From a virus, in the IMG/VR virus record IMGVR_UViG_3300045988_089680, positions 11,055 to 75,054 of that record: DNA of 64,000 nt, one strand, 5' to 3'. The notes beneath the pieces are model-generated. The model had not been told where the DNA came from. It saw nothing but the letters and a program-made list of their open reading frames with translations, and did no database searches. How positions within the stretch are numbered: position 1 is the first letter of the stretch; every line of letters starts with the position of its first letter. The position numbers were made by a program, and so were the translations under genes. This document shows, one piece after another, positions 18,751-28,074 of the stretch.

Positions 18751-21577
18751 TCAGCCGTTCTTCGCTCTCGAAGATGTTTGTGATGGTTCTAAGATGTCAC
18801 GGCAGCTTATGGACCATCACTACATCGTCTTGAAGTTTTCTACAGAAGAGCCAGTCTATTTTGAGATTGGTGACTCTGTGGAGATAGCTGATTTCGGTCT
18901 TTTCGTCCTTACATCTGCATACTTCCCGAAGTATAACGAAACCACTGACGGTTACGACTATGAGCTGCAGATGGATGCCTATTACATGAGCTGGAAGAAC
19001 AAGATATGTAAGTATCGTCCTCAGTATGGTGCTAACGAGACATCATTCAAGCTCACAACATCTGTTTCTGTACACTTAAACGTTGTTCTAAGCAACTTAA
19101 AGGCCTTAAACTATAAATACCACAACAAGGATTTCTCAGTCGATTACACGACATATAATAAGGAAGTGTTCGACACGGAAAAGAGATTCCTTGTAGAGTA
19201 TAGTTCAATAAGCATAATAGAAGCTCTCAATACGATATGTGAGACTCTTGATTGTGAGTGGTGGGTGGATGGTTCTATCATATACCTTGGTTACTGTGAA
19301 ATGAATGGACAGATAACCTTTGAACAAGGGGTTAATATGCTGTCTATGTCACAATCAGAATCAAAATCATCTTTCATCACTCGACTGTACGCTTTCGGAT
19401 CAGACAAGAACATACCTTCGGGATATTTCTCAGGAGCTGACGCAGATGTGACTACAGACGGTATAGCTACTGATTACCTCATGCTTCCAAACAAGGACGT
19501 TGACGAAGAAGGCTATTACAGTAAAGATGGGTATATCGAGAATGTAAATGTGGTCAAGAGTGATTCACAAGCCATCGAAGGAGTAGTAAAGTTTGAAGAT
19601 GAATACCCTAAAGTGAGTTGTGTTGTAAGTGCCATAAAAACGTATGAAAGTACGGTAGATAATGAAGATGGAACTAAAAATACAGCTACATTCTGGCAAG
19701 TAACATCAAATGACTCTTTTGCAACGAATTTCGAAACGAGTTGGATAAAGAAGGGACTCAACCTTATGATTAGGTTTGAGAGCGGTGCGCTAACAGGGAT
19801 GGAATTTGAGGTAAGCTTCAAGATAATAGACAATGTTAACTATTTCGAGATTGTTGCCAACGATACATACGGTCGCACACTACCAGATTCTGTAATGTGT
19901 CCGAAGATAAGTGATAAGTTCCATCTCTACAACTGGGACGCAAGTAAGATAACAGATACACCTCTAATCTCAGATGCGCAAGAAGCCTTGTATGCCAGAG
20001 CGAAGAACTACTACAAGAAATCAATGGTGGATAACTCCAACTTCACCTGTGTTCTTGATAGTGAGAAGTTCTTCAACAACGGAACATACAACTATCACCC
20101 TCTTGGCGAGCAAGTGAAGCTCATCAATCCGTTGTTTTCGGAGACAGATAAGGATGGTAAGCATTATCGTAACTCTCGTATCATAGGTATCGAAATCAAA
20201 TTGGACATACCTTATGACAGTCCAACCTACATAGTGGGCGAGAAAGCAGCCTATAGTCGTCTTGGTCAACTTGAAGACAAGGTTAACTCTATAACAGTCA
20301 ATGGACAACAAATCGGAGGTGCATCAGGTGGTGGAGGAGTCTATATTATCGGAATGAATGACACTACACCAGAGACCGATAGTAATGTCTACTCTGCACG
20401 ACGTACACGTAATAGTTTCCTTTCCAAGGTTCGAGCGGACACGGCAATGGGTCTTATCAACTTCGCTAAAGGCCTTGTCTCAAAGGAGACTGCAAGCCTA
20501 CATGAAGGCGCACAGTTCGGAGAATCCTTTGCCGATGGTCAAGCAGGTTTCGGTGGAAAGATAGACGGTCGAGGTGTGGGCTATCTTGAATCCCTCACAC
20601 TGCGTTCATTTATGGAAGCTCCTGAGTATCGCTTCAACCGCATATCAATACGAGTTGGTAACGACTGGAGAGCGGCAGGAGGTGGTATTATAGAGAGTGT
20701 AGAGATAGACCATGATGAGGGAGGAAACGAGCTGCAGAGAGGCACAGTATACTTGCATCTTGAAGAAGGTGAGATTGGAAAGATAGCAGTTGACGACATC
20801 TGTCAAGGAATATGGCACGACCACATTACGCTGGCCAACAATTCCACAGGCGACTACGACGATGGTATAGGCAACTTCCGCTTCGGTGGCTTCTTCACCG
20901 CCTACTTCCGTATAGTAGAGGTTATGAGCGTGAATGGAGGTATCAACAACGCATTCCGTTACGTCCTCAGAAGTGACAAACACTGGAAAGCCTTACATCA
21001 CCCTGCAAGCATGATGCACTTCGTTGCTTACGGTAACTTCTCGGATAAGACAAGACAAAGCTCTCGCTACTCTACCCTTACCTACGAGCGTTATCTGAAG
21101 GACGTGAACGACTGGGAGTTTACAGAGAACATGATAGCCGCACAATTTGGAGACCTGTCTAATCTTAGCATTTTCGGTCTCAACATGAAGGGCTATTCTG
21201 CTTACCTCAACAACATCTACATGTCGGGAACAATTCAGCAGTTTGTAAAGCTCGGCAGGAAGATGCACATCGACCAAAGCCTCGGTGGTTACATGGCACC
21301 AGGCGAGGTTGAAACAGTTACGGTGAGCGTCCTTGACGGTTATATGCAAGACCACACAGAAGAATATACATTCATGGTGGAGCGAAACACAGGCGACACG
21401 GCAGCTGATGATGTTTGGAACGCGATGCCGGAACATATAAACTGCGGTTCTACGTTTGAAATCTCGTTTGAGGACTTGCACATCAACCCAAATCACGGAG
21501 GTATAAGCACCTTATTTTATGTGACAGCCGACAACGGCAAAGAAGGAGAGAGGGTGTCTACAGCAATAGAATATTAA
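18728..21577 (+). CDS. tail tip / baseplate hub protein
   Basis: 949 aa. Overlaps the preceding gene by 23 nt. Contains a GGASGGGG linker. Confidence 0.5.
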   Translation: MIQIYRNNQPFFALEDVCDGSKMSRQLMDHHYIVLKFSTEEPVYFEIGDSVEIADFGLFVLTSAYFPKYNETTDGYDYELQMDAYYMSWKNKICKYRPQYGANETSFKLTTSVSVHLNVVLSNLKALNYKYHNKDFSVDYTTYNKEVFDTEKRFLVEYSSISIIEALNTICETLDCEWWVDGSIIYLGYCEMNGQITFEQGVNMLSMSQSESKSSFITRLYAFGSDKNIPSGYFSGADADVTTDGIATDYLMLPNKDVDEEGYYSKDGYIENVNVVKSDSQAIEGVVKFEDEYPKVSCVVSAIKTYESTVDNEDGTKNTATFWQVTSNDSFATNFETSWIKKGLNLMIRFESGALTGMEFEVSFKIIDNVNYFEIVANDTYGRTLPDSVMCPKISDKFHLYNWDASKITDTPLISDAQEALYARAKNYYKKSMVDNSNFTCVLDSEKFFNNGTYNYHPLGEQVKLINPLFSETDKDGKHYRNSRIIGIEIKLDIPYDSPTYIVGEKAAYSRLGQLEDKVNSITVNGQQIGGASGGGGVYIIGMNDTTPETDSNVYSARRTRNSFLSKVRADTAMGLINFAKGLVSKETASLHEGAQFGESFADGQAGFGGKIDGRGVGYLESLTLRSFMEAPEYRFNRISIRVGNDWRAAGGGIIESVEIDHDEGGNELQRGTVYLHLEEGEIGKIAVDDICQGIWHDHITLANNSTGDYDDGIGNFRFGGFFTAYFRIVEVMSVNGGINNAFRYVLRSDKHWKALHHPASMMHFVAYGNFSDKTRQSSRYSTLTYERYLKDVNDWEFTENMIAAQFGDLSNLSIFGLNMKGYSAYLNNIYMSGTIQQFVKLGRKMHIDQSLGGYMAPGEVETVTVSVLDGYMQDHTEEYTFMVERNTGDTAADDVWNAMPEHINCGSTFEISFEDLHINPNHGGISTLFYVTADNGKEGERVSTAIEY

Positions 21578-21596
21578 TTTATAAACATTATACAGA

Positions 21597-22868
21597 ATGG
21601 CTAATAAAAAAAGAACATTTCAGTCGCAACGCAAGCACACACGACTTGACTTCTCGCCATTGGTAATAAGTTGCTCGTTGGTGTGTATCACGCCTGATTC
21701 GCCTACGGCACAAGCTGCAAACACGGCACTTGGGCAGTATGAGCCAGACCGCAAGATTACCCCAACTATAATCCGACCAGAAGTAAGAGTGAATGACCCC
21801 GATGGTATATACACATCGGGAATTAACAACATCAATCTTGCAAGCGACCAGCATGAGTGGTTTATTAACTCTAAACCTATCGCAACCGTATGGAAAGTTG
21901 GCATTGACTACGACATTATCAAGGACAACACAGACGACAACGGCAGTCTGAAGGTTAAGAAAAACCTTGTGCCTGGAGAAGTGGCAGAGCTACGCTATAG
22001 AGGTAAATTCTACGATTTCCGAACAGGTACTAACAACAATGTCAGCGGAAGCGGAATAGTGTTGACAACAACAGACAAGGGCAGTAACAAAATTGATTGC
22101 TCTGTTGATTGTGAGTTGCTGACATACGACCCCCTCAAAGACGAGTTGTTGTTTTACGAGTTCCTTGTAGCTGAGGGTATCGAGCAAGAAGGACAACGTG
22201 ACAAATTTGTTAACGGTAAAAGCTATGAGCGTACCGTGACAGTTATACTCACATCGGGAACATCAACGCTGACTGAACTGCCTAAAGGTTGGACAATGCG
22301 CCTTGTTGAGCGAGGAAAGACAACAGCACTTACCGCAAACACGCTTGACAGACCTGAAATCACGGCTATCAACTTCCCAACAATCAAGTTTGACCTTCGT
22401 TTTGTTTGGAGTGAGCAATATGAAGTGCAAATACTTGACGCTAATGGCAATGTTCAAGCAAGTACGGGTATCAGTATTATACGCAATATGAGTATTCTGA
22501 CACAGCATGAGGTGGCGAGAGGAAATGACATTGTGCCTGGACAGCAGCGTTACTTTAACAAGGGTATATTTTCAGCAGGAAGTCAGCTTATACAATACCC
22601 TCAGCTCTACTATGAGATACAATGGTGGACGCAAGCAAGAGTGTACGACACGGTAACAAGCTCATACAAGTACGCGGACCGCATAAACCGTCAGATTGGC
22701 GAAAGTATGGAATGTAGCGTTGAATCATTGGGAATAGGTAATGAGAAGAACCTTTGTTGGTTTGACGTGGCAATGGACATTGAAGAGCGTGAACCTGCAA
22801 CAATACTCACAACGGAAGATGCAAACACAGTACTCACAGATGAGAATGGCAATGTGCTTTTTTTCTAA
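21597..22868 (+). CDS. tail-associated structural protein
   Basis: 423 aa, beta-rich, within the tail-fibre cluster. Confidence 0.4.
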   Translation: MANKKRTFQSQRKHTRLDFSPLVISCSLVCITPDSPTAQAANTALGQYEPDRKITPTIIRPEVRVNDPDGIYTSGINNINLASDQHEWFINSKPIATVWKVGIDYDIIKDNTDDNGSLKVKKNLVPGEVAELRYRGKFYDFRTGTNNNVSGSGIVLTTTDKGSNKIDCSVDCELLTYDPLKDELLFYEFLVAEGIEQEGQRDKFVNGKSYERTVTVILTSGTSTLTELPKGWTMRLVERGKTTALTANTLDRPEITAINFPTIKFDLRFVWSEQYEVQILDANGNVQASTGISIIRNMSILTQHEVARGNDIVPGQQRYFNKGIFSAGSQLIQYPQLYYEIQWWTQARVYDTVTSSYKYADRINRQIGESMECSVESLGIGNEKNLCWFDVAMDIEEREPATILTTEDANTVLTDENGNVLFF

Positions 22869-22882
22869 GAATAAAGTTAAAT

Positions 22883-23095
22883 ATGAGATACGCAATAGTA
22901 GATACAGAGAAGGCAGAAGCCAAAGGGCTTAAAGCAAAATACCATATTACGAACAACACACGTTCGAAAATGGCAGTGAATGAAAACGAATTGCTCAAGA
23001 TTGAAAGTGACCCTGCCACAGCTGCACGTCAGCTGGGTGGTGAGCTTTTAGAATATGAGCAGTTCAAGTCAAAACTTAACAAATGGGACGAGTAA
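22883..23095 (+). CDS. hypothetical small protein
   Basis: 70-aa ORF between tail genes. Confidence 0.4.
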   Translation: MRYAIVDTEKAEAKGLKAKYHITNNTRSKMAVNENELLKIESDPATAARQLGGELLEYEQFKSKLNKWDE

Positions 23096-23098
23096 CAT

Positions 23099-24205
23099 AT
23101 GGGTAACACAGTTAAAGGAGCGTTCACGGTGCGCTTTCTCCGAACAGGAGACCAAATCTTTATAGTTAAGAACGTCGTAAAATTCGACCAGAAAGGAACT
23201 GAGAGTGGAGCTGCTTTGTTTCAGGCGATAGATCCTACGAACGGCACTTTGTCAGCAGATTGGAAAACAGACATCTACAATCAGCCTGCGCTCAAAGTAG
23301 GTCTTAGCAGTGCTGTAGGCAATCCTGTAACGATAACTAACATCAAGTGGACCTACAGAGGTGTGGAGCTTGCATTTAACGCAAGTGCGGCAACAAGTGG
23401 CAACTATGTAGGATGGCAGCTTTCAACGGACGGTAAATTTGCTAAAAAGGAGACAGACGGTTACTGCTATCTCCGTTTTATCGACAATGCTGCAAGTCCT
23501 TCGGTGGTGTCTAACCAAATCATCGGCTTTGAAATTAGCTATATATGCAACAATGTGCGTGACACATACAAAGGCTCAGAAGATGTACTTATACAGGAAG
23601 CAGGTGCTGACAGCTACTCAGTGATTATAAGCACGAACATTGTATCACTCGAAGCAACCCAAAACACAGAAACAACTCTAACAGCTCGATGTATGTACGG
23701 TGTAAAGGACATAGCAGACGATGAGTTTACTGCAAATTGGAAACTGGAATGGTACAAGGACTTTGTTCTTATTGAAGGTCAGAATGAAAAAACGCTCACG
23801 GTGACACGTGACGATGTTGACGGTAGCTCTGTATATAGCGTTAAGCTCCTGCATAAGGAAGGAGACGCATGGGTAGTGAAAGCTGTTGATGCACAGAGAA
23901 TAACAGATGAGTCGGACGAGTGGCAGATTAAAGCGACACCAGACGGTACAAATCCCGATGCCATCTCAAAGACGAGCAATGCAAAATATTTGCTCACCCT
24001 AACCCAGAATGGTTCTCCGTACACTAACAGTACAATCACGTGGAGTTGGGAGGTATGGAATGCTATCAATGTTAAGACATACACAGGCTCAGGCTCAAGC
24101 GTGACTCTTACAGCGGATATGGCAAAATGTATACCCGACACGAGTAATACCGACAAATACTATCACTCAGATGTAGCAGTTGAAGTGGAAGCAACAATAT
24201 CGTAA
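23099..24205 (+). CDS. tail fibre-associated protein
   Basis: 368 aa, beta-rich (T/S/V/W repeats). Immediately upstream of the DGR target gene. Confidence 0.4.
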   Translation: MGNTVKGAFTVRFLRTGDQIFIVKNVVKFDQKGTESGAALFQAIDPTNGTLSADWKTDIYNQPALKVGLSSAVGNPVTITNIKWTYRGVELAFNASAATSGNYVGWQLSTDGKFAKKETDGYCYLRFIDNAASPSVVSNQIIGFEISYICNNVRDTYKGSEDVLIQEAGADSYSVIISTNIVSLEATQNTETTLTARCMYGVKDIADDEFTANWKLEWYKDFVLIEGQNEKTLTVTRDDVDGSSVYSVKLLHKEGDAWVVKAVDAQRITDESDEWQIKATPDGTNPDAISKTSNAKYLLTLTQNGSPYTNSTITWSWEVWNAINVKTYTGSGSSVTLTADMAKCIPDTSNTDKYYHSDVAVEVEATIS

Positions 24206-24226
24206 TTATTTAAAAAAACAACAAAT

Positions 24227-25609
24227 ATGACAGCATTCAGCAAAATTACAGAACGAGGACTATCATCAAGTCTTAACGAAACGGATTACATAATGGTTGT
24301 GGCAGGTGGCTCGCTCAAGCGAATCACTCTCGCCAATCTCAGAGCGATGATGGAGGAAAACCAGCAGCAGTTCTTGGACGAGAACGCATTTTATATCGAA
24401 GAAAACACGGCATCGAGCAAAGGAAGTACAAGCTGCGACACTGGCGGCAGCAGCCTTATGCGTCAGATATGGCTATCTAAGATTACTGGCATCCTAATGT
24501 CTCCCGATGGTCACTATACACGTCTGAATCCCAAGGACCACCGATATACAGCAGATGGCGACCAAGTCGTGAGCAACGGAGTGGTTGTGGCTGCATATCA
24601 AAAAGCAGACTGGTTCGGCATGTTGGACGGTGGTTATTGGAACTTTATACAAGAGGTGGTTATCAGCGGTGTTAAGCACCTTCGTCACCACATATCGCTC
24701 ACTCCATTGCCCGGTGGATGGTACACTAAGAACGTACCTGTAGGCATGTTTAAATGCTTTATGCAGAATAACCAGTTGCGAAGCATTCCATTTGTAGTAC
24801 CTACTGGAAGTCAGAAGATAAACAATTTCTTCAACCTTGCGCAAGCACGAAACAAAAATTATGGTTTGGCTGGCGAGCCTTTCCGCAATTTCCTGCTACA
24901 GTACATGATGGCTAAGTATGGATATCGTGATATACAGAACCTAACAGCTAAGGATGGTACTAAGATTTTCGGTCCAGGTCTGGATGGAACAGAAAAAAGC
25001 GCAACATCAACATTAGCAGACGGATTCGAACGACAGAAGAATATCAAGACAGGCGCGTGTCTCGCTCTTGGTTACAATGATGGCAAAGTTGAAGTCAAGG
25101 ATGCAGATAATTACGCATGTCACAGTGTAAACGTAGGAGTATGGGAAAATCCATACGGTCAGTATTGGGAAACAGACGGACACTTATGCTCAGTAGGTAC
25201 AACAGTGTATCAGTGGGACAGTAACTTTATGCCGAGTATTGATAAACCTACGGTAGACACATTTGCAACGGTTGATTGCCGTAAGCTTACAATACTGTCA
25301 TCAAAAGAATGGGTTTCTAATCATGAGATAACGCTTGTCACAACGGCAGGAGCACAGTACATGAGCTATGTGCCAATTGTTGAAAAGAATGGCATTAGCT
25401 ATAATGATGGCTATTCATACTCTGCTAATGGTCAGCTGTGGCTGTGTGGCGGTTTCTCGGACGCCGCTTCGGATTGCGGTCTCGAGCGTGCGCACTCGGG
25501 TAGCGCTTGGGCGGCCGCGAGCTCGTACGTCTCGGCTCGGCTTGATTATCATGGCGAGATTAAAGAGGTTACCTCAGCAGAACTCAAAAAGATACTCGCA
25601 AGTGCATAG
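24227..25609 (+). CDS. DGR target protein (receptor-binding tail fibre candidate) with C-terminal variable region
   Basis: 460 aa. The last ~60 codons (LWLCGGFSDAASDCGLERAHSGSAWAAASSYVSARL) are encoded by the VR, which matches the downstream TR. Confidence 0.8.
   Translation: MTAFSKITERGLSSSLNETDYIMVVAGGSLKRITLANLRAMMEENQQQFLDENAFYIEENTASSKGSTSCDTGGSSLMRQIWLSKITGILMSPDGHYTRLNPKDHRYTADGDQVVSNGVVVAAYQKADWFGMLDGGYWNFIQEVVISGVKHLRHHISLTPLPGGWYTKNVPVGMFKCFMQNNQLRSIPFVVPTGSQKINNFFNLAQARNKNYGLAGEPFRNFLLQYMMAKYGYRDIQNLTAKDGTKIFGPGLDGTEKSATSTLADGFERQKNIKTGACLALGYNDGKVEVKDADNYACHSVNVGVWENPYGQYWETDGHLCSVGTTVYQWDSNFMPSIDKPTVDTFATVDCRKLTILSSKEWVSNHEITLVTTAGAQYMSYVPIVEKNGISYNDGYSYSANGQLWLCGGFSDAASDCGLERAHSGSAWAAASSYVSARLDYHGEIKEVTSAELKKILASA
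25434..25544 (+). repeat. DGR variable repeat (VR)
   Basis: 111 bp aligned to the TR at an offset of 286 bp. 99/111 identical. 11 of the 12 differences lie opposite TR adenines. Confidence 0.85.
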
Positions 25610-25636
25610 AAATTATTAAAATCTCCCCAAGGGGGT

Positions 25637-25656
25637 GTGGGGGATAAATCCCCCAC
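25637..25656 (+). promoter_or_regulatory. GC-rich hairpin downstream of the VR (8-bp stem, 4-nt loop)
   Basis: GTGGGGGA-TAAA-TCCCCCAC is a perfect inverted repeat with no T-tract. It sits 28 nt after the target stop codon. Confidence 0.6.
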
Positions 25657-25719
25657 TCAAATCATACCCCCAAAAACTCCTTGCCCAAGCTCGTGGCAAG
25701 GTAGGCAAAGGATAAGGAT

Positions 25720-25830
25720 AGCTGTGGCTGTGTGGCGGTTACTCGGACGCCGCTTCGGATTGCGGTCTCGAGCGTGCGAACTCGAATAACGCTTGGGCGT
25801 ACACGAGCTCGTACATCTCGGCTCGAATTA
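25720..25830 (+). repeat. DGR template repeat (TR)
   Basis: Non-coding copy of the VR. In the VR frame it carries AAC/AAT/TAC/ACG/ATC at the positions that vary. Confidence 0.85.
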
Positions 25831-26087
25831 CTTCAACGTCTTTCGGAAACGGAGGACGAAATATAAGGACATTAGTACTGCGTCATGGGAAAATGTCCGC
25901 CTTATCTGAGCCTCGGCAGCTGGTGCATAAGTATAGCCAGTGATTAGCCGGAACAAATCGAACTTGCGCAGGCAACGTCAGCGACCTGCCAGTGGTGTTA
26001 GTAAATCCAAATTGGAAGTTGAAAGCTCTGCACAGAGAGAAGCAAGCTACCGATAAAAAATACGAGTTACTTGAAAACACGAAAGAC

Positions 26088-27608
26088 ATGCCGAAAAGAC
26101 AAGGTTACATATACGACCAGATGTGGCAATGGGACACATTAAAGGAAGCGGATAGAGTATCTACAAGACGTAAAAAGAACTACGGTGTAAAGAAGCACAA
26201 GAAGCAATGGATTAAAGACCTTGTGGAAGTTCAGAATATTATCCACGACCGCAAGATGCGAACCGACGAATATAAGCATATGGAGGTGAACAATGGCAAG
26301 AAGAGGAGAAAAATCAGCAAACTTAACTTTCATCCAAATCACCTTGAACATCAAGCCTTGGTCTTAGTAAGTCACGACAGAATAGAACGCACATTGATTT
26401 CGCACACTTATGCGTCGAGAATCGGCTATGGACAGATAGCAGGTGCGTTGCAAGTAAAGAAATGGTTGCGAGAAAAAAGTGAGGAATGCTTGTGGTATGC
26501 ACAAGGCGACATTTGCAAATACTATGCAAACATAGCACATGCCGTGTTGAAGAATAACTTGGAATACCTCTTTAAGGATAAAGAGTTTATCGATGCCTAC
26601 ATGGAACCGTTCGAGAGGTTTACTATAAGCGGTAAGGGCATACCTCTTGGAATCCGACCAAGCCAAGACAGCGGAAATATAGCTCTTATGCGATTTGACA
26701 GACATATGAAGGAGGTTGCAAAAGCTCACCTTTACCTGCGATACCTTGATGATTTCGTGATATTCGGAAGAACCAAGGGCGAGGTTAAGAGAAAAATGAA
26801 AATGGCGGAAGCTTTCCTTAAAGAATTAGGTTTTAAGATACACGAACCTAAAATACGCCCTATCAGCGAAGGTTTAGACTTCCTTGGTTACGTATTCTAC
26901 GAAGGTGGTGATATGTACTGGAGGAAGAGCAACAAGGTAAGTTGGCTGAAAAGAAGAACTAAGGTAACCAACAAACGCCGACTTCATGAGATAGACGCAG
27001 CAGCATGGGGAATGATAAAATGGGGAAATAAACATTGTAAAAGGTTATATAAAATGGAAACAGGAATAGATATGAGCGAACTCGGCATAGAACTGCCGAA
27101 GAAAACGGACAGTATGGGTATGCGCATTATCGACGCTCCTAAGATTACTGCATCAGTTGTGCTTAACAGTGAGCTTGAAGTGGTAGATTGGGTAAGAAAC
27201 GTTGAGACAAGCTACGGCACGGGGCGTTATGCTTTGGAGGTTGTCTTCTATGGAAAGCACCATAAGCTCATTGTTAACACGTCAAAAATCAAGCAGATTA
27301 TCGATGGTTTCGCCCTTGCCAACGTGACAAGCTTTACTGGCAAGTTCAAAGATGAAGGTGGTAATCATTTTTACTTTGACAATGTTAGAATCACAGGTAT
27401 TGACAAACGACCTATAGGCAGGAACGAGGAAGGTAAACTCATTTTTACCGACAAGAATGAACCAGTTGACATGGATGCCATGAAAGCCAAGGGTGCGGAA
27501 AATGTCAAAAAGGAAGCTGAAATAATGAAGAATGTGGAAGCTGCACGCAAGGCAGAACTTGAGAAAAAGGCTGCTGAACAAGAAGAAAAGAATCAAAACA
27601 AAAAATAG
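26088..27608 (+). CDS. DGR reverse transcriptase with C-terminal extension
   Basis: GIPLGIRPSQDSGN (SQ motif) and RYLDDFVIFG (YxDD). Start moved to ATG 26088 (MPKRQGYIYD...). About 185 aa beyond the RT core ends in a K/E-rich tail. Confidence 0.85.
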   Translation: MPKRQGYIYDQMWQWDTLKEADRVSTRRKKNYGVKKHKKQWIKDLVEVQNIIHDRKMRTDEYKHMEVNNGKKRRKISKLNFHPNHLEHQALVLVSHDRIERTLISHTYASRIGYGQIAGALQVKKWLREKSEECLWYAQGDICKYYANIAHAVLKNNLEYLFKDKEFIDAYMEPFERFTISGKGIPLGIRPSQDSGNIALMRFDRHMKEVAKAHLYLRYLDDFVIFGRTKGEVKRKMKMAEAFLKELGFKIHEPKIRPISEGLDFLGYVFYEGGDMYWRKSNKVSWLKRRTKVTNKRRLHEIDAAAWGMIKWGNKHCKRLYKMETGIDMSELGIELPKKTDSMGMRIIDAPKITASVVLNSELEVVDWVRNVETSYGTGRYALEVVFYGKHHKLIVNTSKIKQIIDGFALANVTSFTGKFKDEGGNHFYFDNVRITGIDKRPIGRNEEGKLIFTDKNEPVDMDAMKAKGAENVKKEAEIMKNVEAARKAELEKKAAEQEEKNQNKK

Positions 27609-27619
27609 GAGGAAATAAA

Positions 27620-28054
27620 ATGAAAAATCAGTATGGAAATATCAGACGAGTGTTTATGACAGAGAAGCCTATGGTATACGACCGAGAGACGCGTATAGCA
27701 TACATGGACTTTCAAACTGACACACAGACGAAAACTAACACCGACAATGTTAGTAATACAACAAAGGGCAAGAAAGAGTCTAACACTATTGAGGGATACA
27801 GCGGTTTTGTTGTACAGACAGACGGTATCATCGATTACGGACACCTCAAGAGCTTGCTCATTGAAGCAGGTTATCCTCAGAAGGAAGAACATGCTATTTC
27901 TATCAACACAATCAGCGCACTCATGGCAAAGATTAATGGCAAGGAGCTGAGTGATGATGCTAAGAATGACATCGCTACTTTTGAGGAGTTTGACGAGTAT
28001 CGCGGTCTGTGCGCAAACTGTGCAAGAGCGATAGTTGACATATTCAAGGTATAA
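27620..28054 (+). CDS. hypothetical protein downstream of the RT
   Basis: 144 aa. AGGAGG lies 7 nt upstream. Acidic, not Avd-like. Confidence 0.5.
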   Translation: MKNQYGNIRRVFMTEKPMVYDRETRIAYMDFQTDTQTKTNTDNVSNTTKGKKESNTIEGYSGFVVQTDGIIDYGHLKSLLIEAGYPQKEEHAISINTISALMAKINGKELSDDAKNDIATFEEFDEYRGLCANCARAIVDIFKV

Positions 28055-28074
28055 ACAATTAAAAAGGAGAGCAC

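Noticed and set aside
25368-25619. Alternative-frame 83-aa ORF across the VR
   Set aside because: It lies entirely within the DGR target gene in another frame and arises from the GC-rich VR sequence.
25883-26089. Minus-strand 68-aa ORF in the TR-RT spacer as a possible Avd
   Set aside because: Wrong strand for the cassette, hydrophobic and Cys-rich rather than a basic helical bundle. The spacer is expected to be part of the DGR RNA.
26088-27608. RT as a retron, group II intron or defence-associated RT
   Set aside because: The adjacent TR/VR pair with adenine-specific differences and the SQ motif fit a DGR. I saw no intron-like RNA domains or msr/msd-like inverted repeats.
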